DNA from: Candidatus Eiseniibacteriota bacterium
GTDB taxonomy: Bacteria; Eisenbacteria; RBG-16-71-46; CAVPCR01
Reading direction: 5' to 3'
Length of the DNA: 64,000 bases
Assembly (NCBI GenBank): GCA_963823555.1
Contig: CAWGMA010000004.1
Span: 224,001 to 288,000 of the forward strand
Part shown: positions 41,705 through 51,190 of the stretch, in pieces
How the letters are laid out: every line of letters begins with the position of its first letter
Position numbering within the stretch: position 1 is the first letter of the stretch
Notes under the pieces: model-generated
Database searches by the model: none
Seen by the model: the letters and a program-made list of their open reading frames with translations, nothing else
Told to the model about the DNA's origin: nothing
Position numbers and translations under genes: made by a program

Positions 41705-42273
41705 CGCCGCCCTCCCCGAGCGCCTTCGGCTACGGGCCCCCCGGCGGCCGCCGCGCGCTCCTCGGCCGCGGCGAGGCGGATGGCCTCGATGATCTTCACG
41801 TAGCCAGTACAGCGGCAGAGATTGCCCGAGATCGCCTCCCGGATCTCCCCTTCGTCGGGGTCGGGGTTCTCATCGAGCAGCGTGCGCGCGGTCATGATGA
41901 ACCCGGGAGTGCAGAATCCGCACTGTGAGCCGCCGGCCTCGGCGAAGAAGCGCTGCAGCGAGTCGAGCGCGGCCCCGTCGCGCAGGCCCTCGATCGTGGT
42001 GATCGACTTGCCGGAGCACTCGAGGGCGAGGGTGAGACAGGCGAGTCGCGGCCGGCCGTCCACGTGGACCGTGCAACAGCCGCAGGTTCCCATGTCGCAG
42101 CCGCGCTTGGTGCCCGTCAGGTTGAGCCGCTCGCGCAGCACATCGAGGAGCACGTCATAAGGCCGGACCGTCACCGTGAGCGGAGCCCCATTGACCTCGA
42201 GCGTGATCACTCGCGGCGAGATGTCGGGAGTCTCGGGAGGTGCAGGGAGGGGATGGCCGGAACCGTGCGTCAT
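41701..42273 (-). CDS. (2Fe-2S)-binding small subunit of a xanthine-oxidase-family enzyme
   Basis: GTKRGCDMGTCGCCTV...C, QCGFCTPG, GNLCRCTGY; stop overlaps the large subunit start. Confidence 0.93.
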   Translation of the reverse strand: MTHGSGHPLPAPPETPDISPRVITLEVNGAPLTVTVRPYDVLLDVLRERLNLTGTKRGCDMGTCGCCTVHVDGRPRLACLTLALECSGKSITTIEGLRDGAALDSLQRFFAEAGGSQCGFCTPGFIMTARTLLDENPDPDEGEIREAISGNLCRCTGYVKIIEAIRLAAAEERAAAAGGPVAEGARGGRR

Positions 42274-42279
42274 GGGCGG

Positions 42280-42308
42280 ATTGTGGCCGGAGGGATGCAC
42301 CCGGTCAA
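42280..42308 (-). promoter_or_regulatory. Candidate sigma70 promoter, probably leaderless
   Basis: TTGACC-N17-CACAAT, then 6 nt, then ATG (42273); no RBS. Confidence 0.6.
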
Positions 42309-42325
42309 GTCTGTTGCCGGCTTGC

Positions 42326-44113
42326 CTACGGGAGCAGCACGAGCGAGGTCTTCCCCCGGCTGTCGATCCCGCCCTCCGGATGAAGAAAGTAGATCCCGGC
42401 GGGCGCGCGCCCGCCGTGGTCGCTGCGGCCATCCCATTCGAGGCGATCCGGACCGGACGCATCGGCGGCGGTGAGGCGTCGGATGACGCGTCCGTGCACA
42501 TTGACGATGGCGACCCGGGGCGCGAGCCCGGCGGCCTCGAGCACCACCTCACACCCGCCTCGAACCGGATTGGGGACGACAAGGAGTCGCGGCCGATGGC
42601 GCTCGCCATCGAGGGCCATCCCCGTCGACATGAGCTCCTGGATGTCGTCGACCGAGATGTGACCGGTCACGTCCCGATCCACGATCTCGATCGCCGCGAC
42701 CATCCCAGCGAGATCGCTCACGTTCCAGCCCACGCGGGCCATGGCTTCGCTCCCGATGGGCAAGGTCCGGCGCAGGATCTGGCTCGTGGCCGGATCGACC
42801 AGAGCCACATAGAGGTCCTGGGAGAAGCTTCCACCCAGGAGGAACTCGATGCGGTAGCCCGAGATCTGAAACGAGGTCGAGCGCAGGACGCCGGTCCACG
42901 ATTCATTGGGGCCGCAGCCGGCGCATCCCCCGCCATAAGGTCCGGCGTACGTCTCGGCCGTGTTCACCCAGAAATGGCCCTCGACATTGGACGGATGGCC
43001 GGTGCGCTCTCCCGGCCGATCGAACAACGTCGGCAGATTGGGTGGGTCTCCCTCGATGAGCGTCCACCGGCTCCAGAAGCGGTCTTGCGCTGCGAGCTCG
43101 GGCCCGGCCTGGCCCCAGGCGAGGCTGTCGAACCGGATCCCGCGCGTGGACAGCGCATCCTGGGTGAGGAATCCGACAGCCCGCGAGTAGGTGTCCGGTG
43201 CCGTGTGCTCCGAGGCGATCCCTTCGGTGTCGAACAGCTGGTTCGTCTCCAGGCGCCAGAAGGCCGTGGGGGCGATGCTGCGGAGGAAATGGACTCCGCC
43301 GGGAGTCACGGTGCGCGTGTAGAACAGGTACCAGGATGGTGACTCCGGCCCGGCCAAGAGATGGCTCGACTCCATCAACGAGGACGAGTTGTTGATGACG
43401 AGCGGCGCTCCCGAGTCCACCCAGACCCGGCCGTCCGGCGAGCGGCCGAGGGCGATGGCTCCGCGGCTCGGCTGACCTTCGTATCCGTCCCGAGTCCGCA
43501 CCGTCGTGAGGAGCACGGTCGCGGTTCCGAGCGTCATGAGATAGGGGTCGCGGCAGTTCGACCAACCGGCAGCCGGGTTCCACTCGGCCCACGTCGAATC
43601 GGGCCGGAACGCGGGCTCCTCGATCGAGAGATCCGTCCATGAGAAGAGATCCAGCGATGTGGCGATGCCGATCGCCTGGTTGATCAGCGAATCGACGCCG
43701 GTGTAGGCCATGAGGAAGCCGCCATCGATCTGGGGGTCGGCGATGACGTGCGGCGCCCACACATTGCGCGTCTTCCAGTCGTGATCCGGATCGATGGGCA
43801 GGATGCGTTCGTGGACCGTCCAGTGACGGAGATCGGGGGACGAGGCGTGGCCGAAGTCGACCTCGTTGCCGGGCTCGCTCCAGCCCTCGCCGGCGAAGCC
43901 CACGATGTAGATGAGATGGAACCGACCATCGGGCCCGCGCACGAGCGCATGATCCTTGACGTAGTGAGCGGGCGATTCAACGAAGAAGGCTTCCTCGAAG
44001 TCTTCGCTGAACTGGGCGCCCACCGGCGAGGAGATGAATGCGAGCGCGACCGCGGCCAGGACCGCGGTGCGGATGGCGGAGGAAACCACAGGAGTCGAGC
44101 AGCGACCGCGCAT
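42326..44113 (-). CDS. Secreted five-bladed beta-propeller glycoside hydrolase (GH32/GH43-like) with FlgD-Ig tail
   Basis: Signal peptide; VKDH, GHASS.DL.HW, WAPHV, RDPY, MES; G.LRS..F.I....I.FLLGG...GHISVDDI module; PNP...WDG...AGIYF tail. Confidence 0.7.
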   Translation of the reverse strand: MRGRCSTPVVSSAIRTAVLAAVALAFISSPVGAQFSEDFEEAFFVESPAHYVKDHALVRGPDGRFHLIYIVGFAGEGWSEPGNEVDFGHASSPDLRHWTVHERILPIDPDHDWKTRNVWAPHVIADPQIDGGFLMAYTGVDSLINQAIGIATSLDLFSWTDLSIEEPAFRPDSTWAEWNPAAGWSNCRDPYLMTLGTATVLLTTVRTRDGYEGQPSRGAIALGRSPDGRVWVDSGAPLVINNSSSLMESSHLLAGPESPSWYLFYTRTVTPGGVHFLRSIAPTAFWRLETNQLFDTEGIASEHTAPDTYSRAVGFLTQDALSTRGIRFDSLAWGQAGPELAAQDRFWSRWTLIEGDPPNLPTLFDRPGERTGHPSNVEGHFWVNTAETYAGPYGGGCAGCGPNESWTGVLRSTSFQISGYRIEFLLGGSFSQDLYVALVDPATSQILRRTLPIGSEAMARVGWNVSDLAGMVAAIEIVDRDVTGHISVDDIQELMSTGMALDGERHRPRLLVVPNPVRGGCEVVLEAAGLAPRVAIVNVHGRVIRRLTAADASGPDRLEWDGRSDHGGRAPAGIYFLHPEGGIDSRGKTSLVLLP

Positions 44114-44267
44114 CGTCGACCTCGTCCTTGAAGTCGGTTCGGCGGCGGCCCTTGCAGATCCGGGGCCCGGGCCGTCGCGATGGCATCCTTCGGGCGTGGC
44201 GGCGATCAGGTGGATTATAGCCCAATCCCCGCCGGAAGGATATTCCGTGGGGATCCAGCGGCGCGAA

Positions 44268-45431
44268 TCACACGGCGCGGATGGCTTCGGCGACCGGTAG
44301 CCGCGCGGCGCGGCGCGCGGGGAGATATCCGCCGACGAGGCCCATCAGGAGCGCGAAGACGATGCCGGCGATCGCCACCTGCGGAGTGACCGCCAGGCGG
44401 AACGTGATCTCCGAGAAGTTGTCCCAGTTGGTGGTGCCGGTCGAGCGGCCGTTGGTCACGAGGAACGCGAGCAGCGCGCCGATGACGCCGCCGAGCCCGG
44501 CAATGAGCATGGACTCGAGGATGAAGGAGCGCAGCACGCTCCCCGGCGTGAAGCCGATTGCGATCAGCGTGCCGATCTCGCGCGTACGAGCGGCCACTGC
44601 GGCGTACATGGTGTTGATGGCGCCGAAGATGGCGCCGATCGACATGATCGCACCGATGAAGATGGCGAGCATGCGGAGCGTCGCCACGAGGGCGGCCGAC
44701 TGCCCGGCGTAGAACTCCGACTCGCGCTTCACCTGCACCTCGAGCTGGGGCTCCTCCTCGAGGCGGCGCTTCAGCTCCGCGAAGCGTTCAGGATCGGCGA
44801 GGCGGAGCGTGGCCGACTGGTAGCCGGGCCGGTCGAAGGCCGGCAGGAACAGCTCGACATCCCCCCAGATCTCCGACTCGTAGGCCGATCCGGCGGCCGC
44901 GAAGATCCCGACCACCCGCCATTCCTGGCCACCGAAGCGGATGCGATCCCCGAGGCCGGTGTCCCGGATACGGCGGGACAGGCTCCTGCCCACGATGACC
45001 TCGGCGAGCCCGGGGCGGAAGGAGCGACCCTCGACCACCTGCACCTCCGGGCGCAGGGCGAACGACTGCGGCGAGATCCCGCGCACCGAGACATTGGTGG
45101 GATCCCCGCCGCCGCGCTTGGCGTGGTTGATGACCACGACCAGATCCGCCGTCAACAGCGGCTGTCCGCCCGTATCTCGGGCGATCTCGGGCAGGCCGCG
45201 GATCAGGGCGGCGTCCTCGCGCGGGATGTAGCTCTGGATCTCACCCGTGGCGCCGCTCCGGAGGACGATGGCATTTTCCGGGTGGCCGGTGCGGGCAAGC
45301 GAGCCGCGCAGCCCCTGCACGAAGGCGAGCATCGAGCTGAAGATGAACACCACGAGGGCGATTCCGAGCGCCGTGAACAGCGTGGAAGCCTTGCGCACCG
45401 TGAGGTTCCTCACGTTGTAGATGATCGGCAT
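44268..45431 (-). CDS. ABC transporter permease (MacB/FtsX family)
   Basis: GRSFRPG..EVIVG, ESEIW.D, NTMYAAV..RTREIGTL.AIGF, GG.LPARRAA. Confidence 0.92.
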   Translation of the reverse strand: MPIIYNVRNLTVRKASTLFTALGIALVVFIFSSMLAFVQGLRGSLARTGHPENAIVLRSGATGEIQSYIPREDAALIRGLPEIARDTGGQPLLTADLVVVINHAKRGGGDPTNVSVRGISPQSFALRPEVQVVEGRSFRPGLAEVIVGRSLSRRIRDTGLGDRIRFGGQEWRVVGIFAAAGSAYESEIWGDVELFLPAFDRPGYQSATLRLADPERFAELKRRLEEEPQLEVQVKRESEFYAGQSAALVATLRMLAIFIGAIMSIGAIFGAINTMYAAVAARTREIGTLIAIGFTPGSVLRSFILESMLIAGLGGVIGALLAFLVTNGRSTGTTNWDNFSEITFRLAVTPQVAIAGIVFALLMGLVGGYLPARRAARLPVAEAIRAV

Positions 45432-45460
45432 GGCCTGCATCCGGTTCCTCCCGCTTTTCG

Positions 45461-46606
45461 CTACGCCGGGTTGCGCAGCGCGTCCACCTCGCGCAGTCGC
45501 GCCGCGCGAATTGCTGGCCACAATGCCGACAGCCCGCCGAGGAGCAAGGAGATCGCGATCCCCTGCAGCATGGTCGAACCCCGTACGACGAAGCTGGGGA
45601 AGAAGCCGCCTCCGGTGAAGCCGAGCTGATCCCACAGCACCCTGGCGATCACAACACCCAGAGTGCCGCCGAGGAGGGCGATCACCATCGCTTCGAACAC
45701 CACCATGGCCACCACGGCGCCGTCCGGGAAGCCGAGCGTCTTGAGGACGGCCACCTCCGAGGTGCGCTCGCGGGCCGCCATCATCATCGTGTTCATGGCG
45801 ACCAGGATGATGGCCACGACCACGGCGAAGCCGATCAGATTGACCGCGAACTGGATGTTGCCGAGCATCGAGATGAAGCCCATCTGGAAGGCCTCCTCGC
45901 TCTCGGTGCGGGTCTCGGTGGACGAATTGGCGAACAGGGCGTCGATCGTCTCGCTGGTCGTGGCCACCAGGCTCGCGTCCCGGATCTGAACGATGTAGAC
46001 GCCGACATTGCCGCGTCCCATGAAGTTGCGTTCGTCGAGGTACGGCCAGTGGAAGAAGAACTGGCGTTCATCCACCGTGTCGTCTTCCCCACGGTAGATG
46101 CCGCGAACGATGAACTCCCAGTCCCCCGGGTAGATCGTGCCCTTGAGGGTGACGCGATCGCCGATCTTCCAGCCGTGCTCGTTGGCCAGTCCCTCGCCGA
46201 CGATGGCCGCCGTGCGCTCGCGCTTCCAGTCGCTGAGCTGTTCGGGCGGTACCTTGAGCTCTGGATAAAGGGTGAAATAGGTGTCGGGGTCGACCGCGAA
46301 CTGCGCGAAGAAGTTGCGTTCGTCGATGTAGGTCCCGCCGAACCAGTTGGCCCAGGTCAGGCCGCTGATGCCGTCGATGGCGGCGATCCGCTCCTTGTAG
46401 GCGATGGGAACGGTGAAGATGAGGCTGGTCGCGTTGCGTACCACCAGGCGGTTGACGTCGGCAAAGTCGATTCCCGCATCGAAGGATGTGACCACGGTGC
46501 GCAGCGTCGAGAACAGGAAGAGCGCCACCATCACGCTGAGCACGGTGAGGATGGTGCGACGCCGGCTCCTGAGCATGTTCATGCGGGCGAGGCCGAGGAG
46601 CATCAT
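45461..46606 (-). CDS. ABC transporter permease (MacB/FtsX family)
   Basis: RRTILT..S, WFGG.Y, NTMMMA.RERT.EVAVLKTLGF, PAIRAARL. Confidence 0.92.
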   Translation of the reverse strand: MMLLGLARMNMLRSRRRTILTVLSVMVALFLFSTLRTVVTSFDAGIDFADVNRLVVRNATSLIFTVPIAYKERIAAIDGISGLTWANWFGGTYIDERNFFAQFAVDPDTYFTLYPELKVPPEQLSDWKRERTAAIVGEGLANEHGWKIGDRVTLKGTIYPGDWEFIVRGIYRGEDDTVDERQFFFHWPYLDERNFMGRGNVGVYIVQIRDASLVATTSETIDALFANSSTETRTESEEAFQMGFISMLGNIQFAVNLIGFAVVVAIILVAMNTMMMAARERTSEVAVLKTLGFPDGAVVAMVVFEAMVIALLGGTLGVVIARVLWDQLGFTGGGFFPSFVVRGSTMLQGIAISLLLGGLSALWPAIRAARLREVDALRNPA

Positions 46607-47334
46607 GACTCGACCCGGAGAGCGCGAGCGCGCTCTCGCGCGGCATGGCGAGCCGTGGTCTCCATGCGGCTCAGCACGCCCTTGTCGAGATGGACCATGT
46701 GATGGGCGCGCTCGGCGGCATGCGGGTCGTGGGTGACCATGATGACGGTCTTTTCGAACTGTTCGTTCAATTGCTCGAGGAGATCGAGAATCTCGCCGGC
46801 CGATTTGGAGTCGAGATCTCCGGTCGGCTCATCGGCGAGCAGCACCGTGGGATCGGCGACGATGGCGCGGGCGATGGCCACGCGCTGTTCCTGCCCACCC
46901 GACAACTGGCGCGGGTAGTGATCGGCCCGGTCGGCAAGGCCGACGATGGTGAGGGCCGTCATCACCCGCTCCTTGCGATCCCTGGGCTTCAGCTTGTGCA
47001 GGAGGAGCGGCAGCTCGACGTTCTGAAACGCGGTCAGGACGGGGATCAGGTTGTATAGCTGGAAGATGAACCCGACATGCTGGGCGCGGTACTCGGCCAG
47101 CCGCCTGCGGCTGAGTGTGCCGATATCCTGGCCGTTCACGATCACCTGTCCGGAGGTCGCGACATCGATGCCGCCCACCAGGTTCAAGATGGTCGTCTTG
47201 CCCGAACCCGATGGTCCCATGAGGGCGAAGAAGTCGCCCTGGCCGACGGCGAGGTTGAGCCCCTGCAGAACCGGGATTTCGAAGTCGTCACGGTAATAGG
47301 CCTTGGTGACGTCCTTCATCTCTACGAGATGCAA
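46603..47334 (-). CDS. ABC transporter ATP-binding protein (LolD/MacB-like)
   Basis: GPSGSGKT, LSGGQEQRVAIARA, LLADEPTG, VTHD. Confidence 0.96.
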   Translation of the reverse strand: MHLVEMKDVTKAYYRDDFEIPVLQGLNLAVGQGDFFALMGPSGSGKTTILNLVGGIDVATSGQVIVNGQDIGTLSRRRLAEYRAQHVGFIFQLYNLIPVLTAFQNVELPLLLHKLKPRDRKERVMTALTIVGLADRADHYPRQLSGGQEQRVAIARAIVADPTVLLADEPTGDLDSKSAGEILDLLEQLNEQFEKTVIMVTHDPHAAERAHHMVHLDKGVLSRMETTARHAARERARALRVES

Positions 47335-47358
47335 TGGAGTGCTCCTTGCCGTGGACCG

Positions 47359-48669
47359 TCAGCGTTGCGAGGTGCTGCGGGTGCGGACCCGCTGTCCGGG
47401 TTGGACCGCCGGCTCGTTGCCGACGACCACTCGCTCGCCGGGACCGAGCCCGGCCAGGATCTGGATGTCGCCACCCATCTGCGGGCCGACCTCGACCTTC
47501 TCGACGGCGATGCGGTGGTCGCGCACGAGGTAGACCGCGGTGTCATCGTCCTCGCGGCGGATCGCGTCGCGCGGCACCCAGACCTGCACGGCACGCTCGC
47601 CGGCGTCGGGTGCGGCCGGCGCGAGGAAGGTGACGCGCGCGCCCATCTCCGGGAGCACATGCTCGTCGCGCTCGCGGAAGGCGACCTTCACCTGCACGGT
47701 CGCCTTCTGGCGATCGGCGGTGGGCACGATCTGGCGGACCTCGCCTGGATAGGGATGATCGGGAGAGGAATCGAGCACGATCTCGGCTCCGAGGCCGGGC
47801 TTCACCCGGCGGATGTAGGTCTCGTTGACATCGACCTCGACCTCCACCGAGGCCAGGTCGGCGATGGTGACAACCGGTACCCCGCCGCCGCCGCTGGAGG
47901 ACGAGCCGCCGAAGGTCGGTCCCACGACCTCTCCGAGCTCCGCGTTCTTCTCGAGCACCGTACCGTCGAATGGAGCCCGGATGCGCATCTTCTCGAGCAT
48001 GGCTTGAACGACGGCCAGGCCGGCGCGGCCCGTCTCGATGCGGGCCACGGCCGAAGCGGTGCGGGCTCTGGCGGCCTGGGCCTCGGTGGCGGCGGCATCG
48101 TGCCGCGATTGCGAGGTCAGGCCGCGCGCGAGCAGCTCTTGCTGGCGCGTCGCCTCCCGCTGGAGGTCATCCCGGCGCACCTCGGCTTCCGCGAGCGTGG
48201 CCTCGGCCGCCGCGATCTCGGCGGCTGCTTCCCGCTCGCGCGCCACGAGATCCTCGTCGGCCAGCCGGCCGATGATCTCGCCCCTCCGAACCTGGTCGCC
48301 GACATCGACCCGGAGGTCCACGAGACGCCCGGTGACCTCGGGAGCAACGGCTGCGCGGACCCGAGCCACGACGTAGCCCGATGCCGACAGGATCGTGGCT
48401 CCACCGCCGGTGCCGGCTCCCCCGCTCTCGGTCGCCCTGGCCAGCGCCACGGTCACCAGCGGGCGGCGAAAGGGGAGGATGTCGCTCGCGAGGAGGAGCA
48501 CCGCGGCCACGAGCGCCAGGCCGCCGATGGCCATCGGCACGATGGGACGCCGCCGCCGCCGGGGCTCCGGCGCGCGATCGAGACGGAGTCGGGCCAGATG
48601 TTCTGAGATCTTCTTCTCGGGCACTGAATGGCTCTCGGCAGCGGGTGAAGATGCGAATTTCACGGACAT
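47359..48669 (-). CDS. Periplasmic adaptor (membrane fusion protein, MacA/HlyD-like)
   Basis: N-terminal TM; ASGYVVA, GDQV..G, coiled coil, IRAPFDG.V, PTADRQKATV.VKV, PEMGARV. Confidence 0.92.
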   Translation of the reverse strand: MSVKFASSPAAESHSVPEKKISEHLARLRLDRAPEPRRRRRPIVPMAIGGLALVAAVLLLASDILPFRRPLVTVALARATESGGAGTGGGATILSASGYVVARVRAAVAPEVTGRLVDLRVDVGDQVRRGEIIGRLADEDLVAREREAAAEIAAAEATLAEAEVRRDDLQREATRQQELLARGLTSQSRHDAAATEAQAARARTASAVARIETGRAGLAVVQAMLEKMRIRAPFDGTVLEKNAELGEVVGPTFGGSSSSGGGGVPVVTIADLASVEVEVDVNETYIRRVKPGLGAEIVLDSSPDHPYPGEVRQIVPTADRQKATVQVKVAFRERDEHVLPEMGARVTFLAPAAPDAGERAVQVWVPRDAIRREDDDTAVYLVRDHRIAVEKVEVGPQMGGDIQILAGLGPGERVVVGNEPAVQPGQRVRTRSTSQR

Positions 48670-48716
48670 GTCATCTTGTAGGGGGAGCGGGGGAGGCCGC
48701 CTCAGGGGTGTGCAGT

Positions 48717-49511
48717 CTAACTCCGCCCCGTGTCGCCGCGATAGCTCCGAATGACTTCGCCCAGGATGGCGACAGCGATCTCGGCCGGGGTTTCGGCTCC
48801 GATCTCAAGGCCGATCGGGCAGGCGACCCGGGCATCGAAATCCGCATCCTTCGCCCCCCGAGCGATGATGCGCGAGCGCAGGTCGGTGCGCTTGGCCTTG
48901 GATCCGATGAGCCCGATCGGGCCCGGGAAGCGGTCGAGCGCCAGCGCGATCGCGGCTTCATCCTCGTGGTGAGAATAGCCGAGCACGAAGATGTGGGTGT
49001 AGGGCCCGAGGTCACGATCGCGGAAGAAGTCGCCGGCGTGTCCCGCGATGACGTCGATCGCATGGGGGAAGCGCTCCCTGCTCGCGAACGACGGGCGGTC
49101 GTCGACGACCGTGTAGCGGTATTCGAGAAGAGCGCAGAGTCGCGCCACGGCCAGCGCCACGTGACCACCACCGAACAGGACGAGATGAGGTCTGGGTTTC
49201 ATGATCTCGATGAAGATGGTTGCCGATCCGCCGCAGACGGAGTCGAGCCCCCCGGGTTTCTGGCGGGCGAGATCGAAGTGGTGGAGTCCCGCGATGGGCT
49301 CGCCGGCGAGCCCATCGCGAAGGAGAGTCTTCACTTTCTCTTCGAGCCCGGCGCCGCCGACGGTGCCGAACTCGCGGCCATCTGCGGTGAGGACCAGCCG
49401 GGCACCGAGCTTGCCGGGCACCGAGCCCACGGTCTCGACCACGGTCGCCACGGCGAAGCGGATGCCCCGGAGCTCCAGATCGACCATGGCCGTGAGCACC
49501 GGGGCATTCAT
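48717..49511 (-). CDS. xdhC: XdhC/CoxI family Moco-insertion chaperone
   Basis: GSVPG..GA, GTVGG, CGG, FGGGHV, VDDR, GLIGS..K, PIGLEIGAETPAEIAVAI. Confidence 0.9.
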   Translation of the reverse strand: MNAPVLTAMVDLELRGIRFAVATVVETVGSVPGKLGARLVLTADGREFGTVGGAGLEEKVKTLLRDGLAGEPIAGLHHFDLARQKPGGLDSVCGGSATIFIEIMKPRPHLVLFGGGHVALAVARLCALLEYRYTVVDDRPSFASRERFPHAIDVIAGHAGDFFRDRDLGPYTHIFVLGYSHHEDEAAIALALDRFPGPIGLIGSKAKRTDLRSRIIARGAKDADFDARVACPIGLEIGAETPAEIAVAILGEVIRSYRGDTGRS

Positions 49512-50131
49512 GGGCCTTCCCCGCTCGCGAGCATGACCTCGGCGGCCGCGAGATCCTCCGGGGTATCGAGGTCGCGGAGCACCGAATCGGTGGGTCGCGG
49601 GACGAAGACGGTCCCCCCACGCTCGCGGCGCACGAGATCCCGCAATGGAGCATCCGGCGCCAGGGCGAGCACGGCGGGGAACAGGCGGCGGTGAAGCAGC
49701 ACGGGGTGGCCATTGCGCCCGCCGTGATTCGGCAGGACCACATTCGTCTCCGGGCGGGCGGCCGCGACGATGGCCGCGACATCATCGACGGTCACCAGAG
49801 GATGATCGACCGGCCAGACGAGCGCCGCAGTCGCGTTCTCGGGGAGCACCTCGAGCCCACACTGGACCGAGCTCGTCTGTCCGCGGTCTGGATCGGGATT
49901 CTCGATCAGGGTCGGTGCCGGTCTCTCCGTTTCCGCCATCCGCCGTACGTGATCGCCTTCGTGTCCGATGACGACGATCGGGCATCCGATCCCGGCCGCC
50001 ATCGCGGCTTTGAGGATCCGGATGAGCGCCGGCAACCCACCCACGGCCACGAGCGCCTTGTTGCCGCCGAGACGGCGGCCGCGGCCGGCGGCGAGCACGA
50101 GCGGCGTGATGGTCGCAGGGTCGAGAGACAT
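49508..50131 (-). CDS. Molybdenum cofactor cytidylyltransferase-like (MocA) nucleotidyltransferase
   Basis: LAAGRGRRLG..KAL, N....GQTSS..G, PVDHP, GHPVL, DLDTPED. Confidence 0.85.
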   Translation of the reverse strand: MSLDPATITPLVLAAGRGRRLGGNKALVAVGGLPALIRILKAAMAAGIGCPIVVIGHEGDHVRRMAETERPAPTLIENPDPDRGQTSSVQCGLEVLPENATAALVWPVDHPLVTVDDVAAIVAAARPETNVVLPNHGGRNGHPVLLHRRLFPAVLALAPDAPLRDLVRRERGGTVFVPRPTDSVLRDLDTPEDLAAAEVMLASGEGP

Positions 50132-50159
50132 CTCAGAGGCTCATGATTTCGGCTTGTCT

Positions 50160-50606
50160 TCAGCGATTCGGATCCGCTGACAGCCGCGCTTGCAGTGAGG
50201 CATAGGTGGTATCCCCGTCCGCTCCCTGCACGACCGGGAGCCCGAGCTCCACCCAGCCGGGAACCGCGGCGCCGCCGAAGTGACGCGCACCATGGAATCC
50301 GCCTTGCATGTTGCTGAGCTGCGCGAATCCCGCGTGAGCGAGCATCTCGCACGCCATCTGGGAACGGTTGCCGACCCGGCAGCCGAGGATGAGCGGAGTA
50401 TCGGGCGTGAAGCAAGCGGACATCACGGAAAGGAACGCGGGGTTCGGCGCCATCTGGCCCCAGGCGTTGGGGATGAAGGCAGGCACGTTGAGCGCGCCTT
50501 CCGGGCGCCCGGATGCGAATTCCTCCACGGTGCGAACGTCGACATAGACATGGCCGGCCTGCATGAGCTCGTGCGCATGATGGGGATCGATCTGCTGGAT
50601 GGGCAT
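50160..50606 (-). CDS. Rhodanese-like domain protein
   Basis: YVDVRT.EEF..G...GALNVP, active loop CRVGNRS, GW...GLP. Confidence 0.9.
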   Translation of the reverse strand: MPIQQIDPHHAHELMQAGHVYVDVRTVEEFASGRPEGALNVPAFIPNAWGQMAPNPAFLSVMSACFTPDTPLILGCRVGNRSQMACEMLAHAGFAQLSNMQGGFHGARHFGGAAVPGWVELGLPVVQGADGDTTYASLQARLSADPNR

Positions 50607-50649
50607 GGGTGACTGGCTCCCGGTATCTTCTCTGGCTTGGGTCGGGGGG

Positions 50650-51024
50650 TCAGGCCTGCGGCGTGGCTCGGGTCGCCGCCCGGCCGGTATGGCAAGCCGG
50701 GCATGGGCACTCGGCGCGCAGGGCATCGAAAGCGTAGATCGAGTAGTGACCATCGGACCAGTGGACGCCGAGGCCGTAGTTCCCCACCTGTTCGAGGCTC
50801 GCGGGGGCGCTCGACGGCTCGGGTCCCAGCACGCGGAACGGGTTCGCACTGGCGGGCGGCGGCGCCTCCTCTTCCTGGCAGCCGGCACATCGGCAATGGC
50901 GGCGCAGGATCGGGAACGGGTATTCGCTCGCATGTCCATCGGCCCAGTCGACGCGCAACGCAGCCTGTCCGACCTGGACGATCTCCGTGGGCTGGGCCGA
51001 GTTCTGACTCTTATCCGCGTGCAT
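50650..51024 (-). CDS. DUF971 (gamma-butyrobetaine hydroxylase N-terminal-like) Zn-binding protein
   Basis: W.DGH.S.Y....LR..C.CA.C, VGNYGL...WSDGH..IY....LR..CPC..C. Confidence 0.88.
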   Translation of the reverse strand: MHADKSQNSAQPTEIVQVGQAALRVDWADGHASEYPFPILRRHCRCAGCQEEEAPPPASANPFRVLGPEPSSAPASLEQVGNYGLGVHWSDGHYSIYAFDALRAECPCPACHTGRAATRATPQA

Positions 51025-51053
51025 GCGTGGAGGATAGCACAGGCGCCGCCGCG

Positions 51054-51082
51054 TTGACGGTCTCGCGCGTGCATGCTAACTT
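51054..51082 (+). promoter_or_regulatory. Candidate sigma70 promoter of the large metallopeptidase gene
   Basis: TTGACG-N17-TAACTT with extended -10 TGn. Confidence 0.6.
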
Positions 51083-51190
51083 ATGGGTTGGTAACTCGTT
51101 GCGGGTCCGCCCCGGATTCGACCCGCCTGCCGGCCCCGGCCCGATCGACGAGTTGAAGGCTCCCCAGAAGAGCCCAAGGAGTGCCGCGCC

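Noticed and set aside
44154..44170. Sigma54-like GG-N10-GC upstream of the glycosidase
   Set aside because: Poor match to consensus; a perfect TATAAT at 44214-44219 (minus strand) is a simpler explanation
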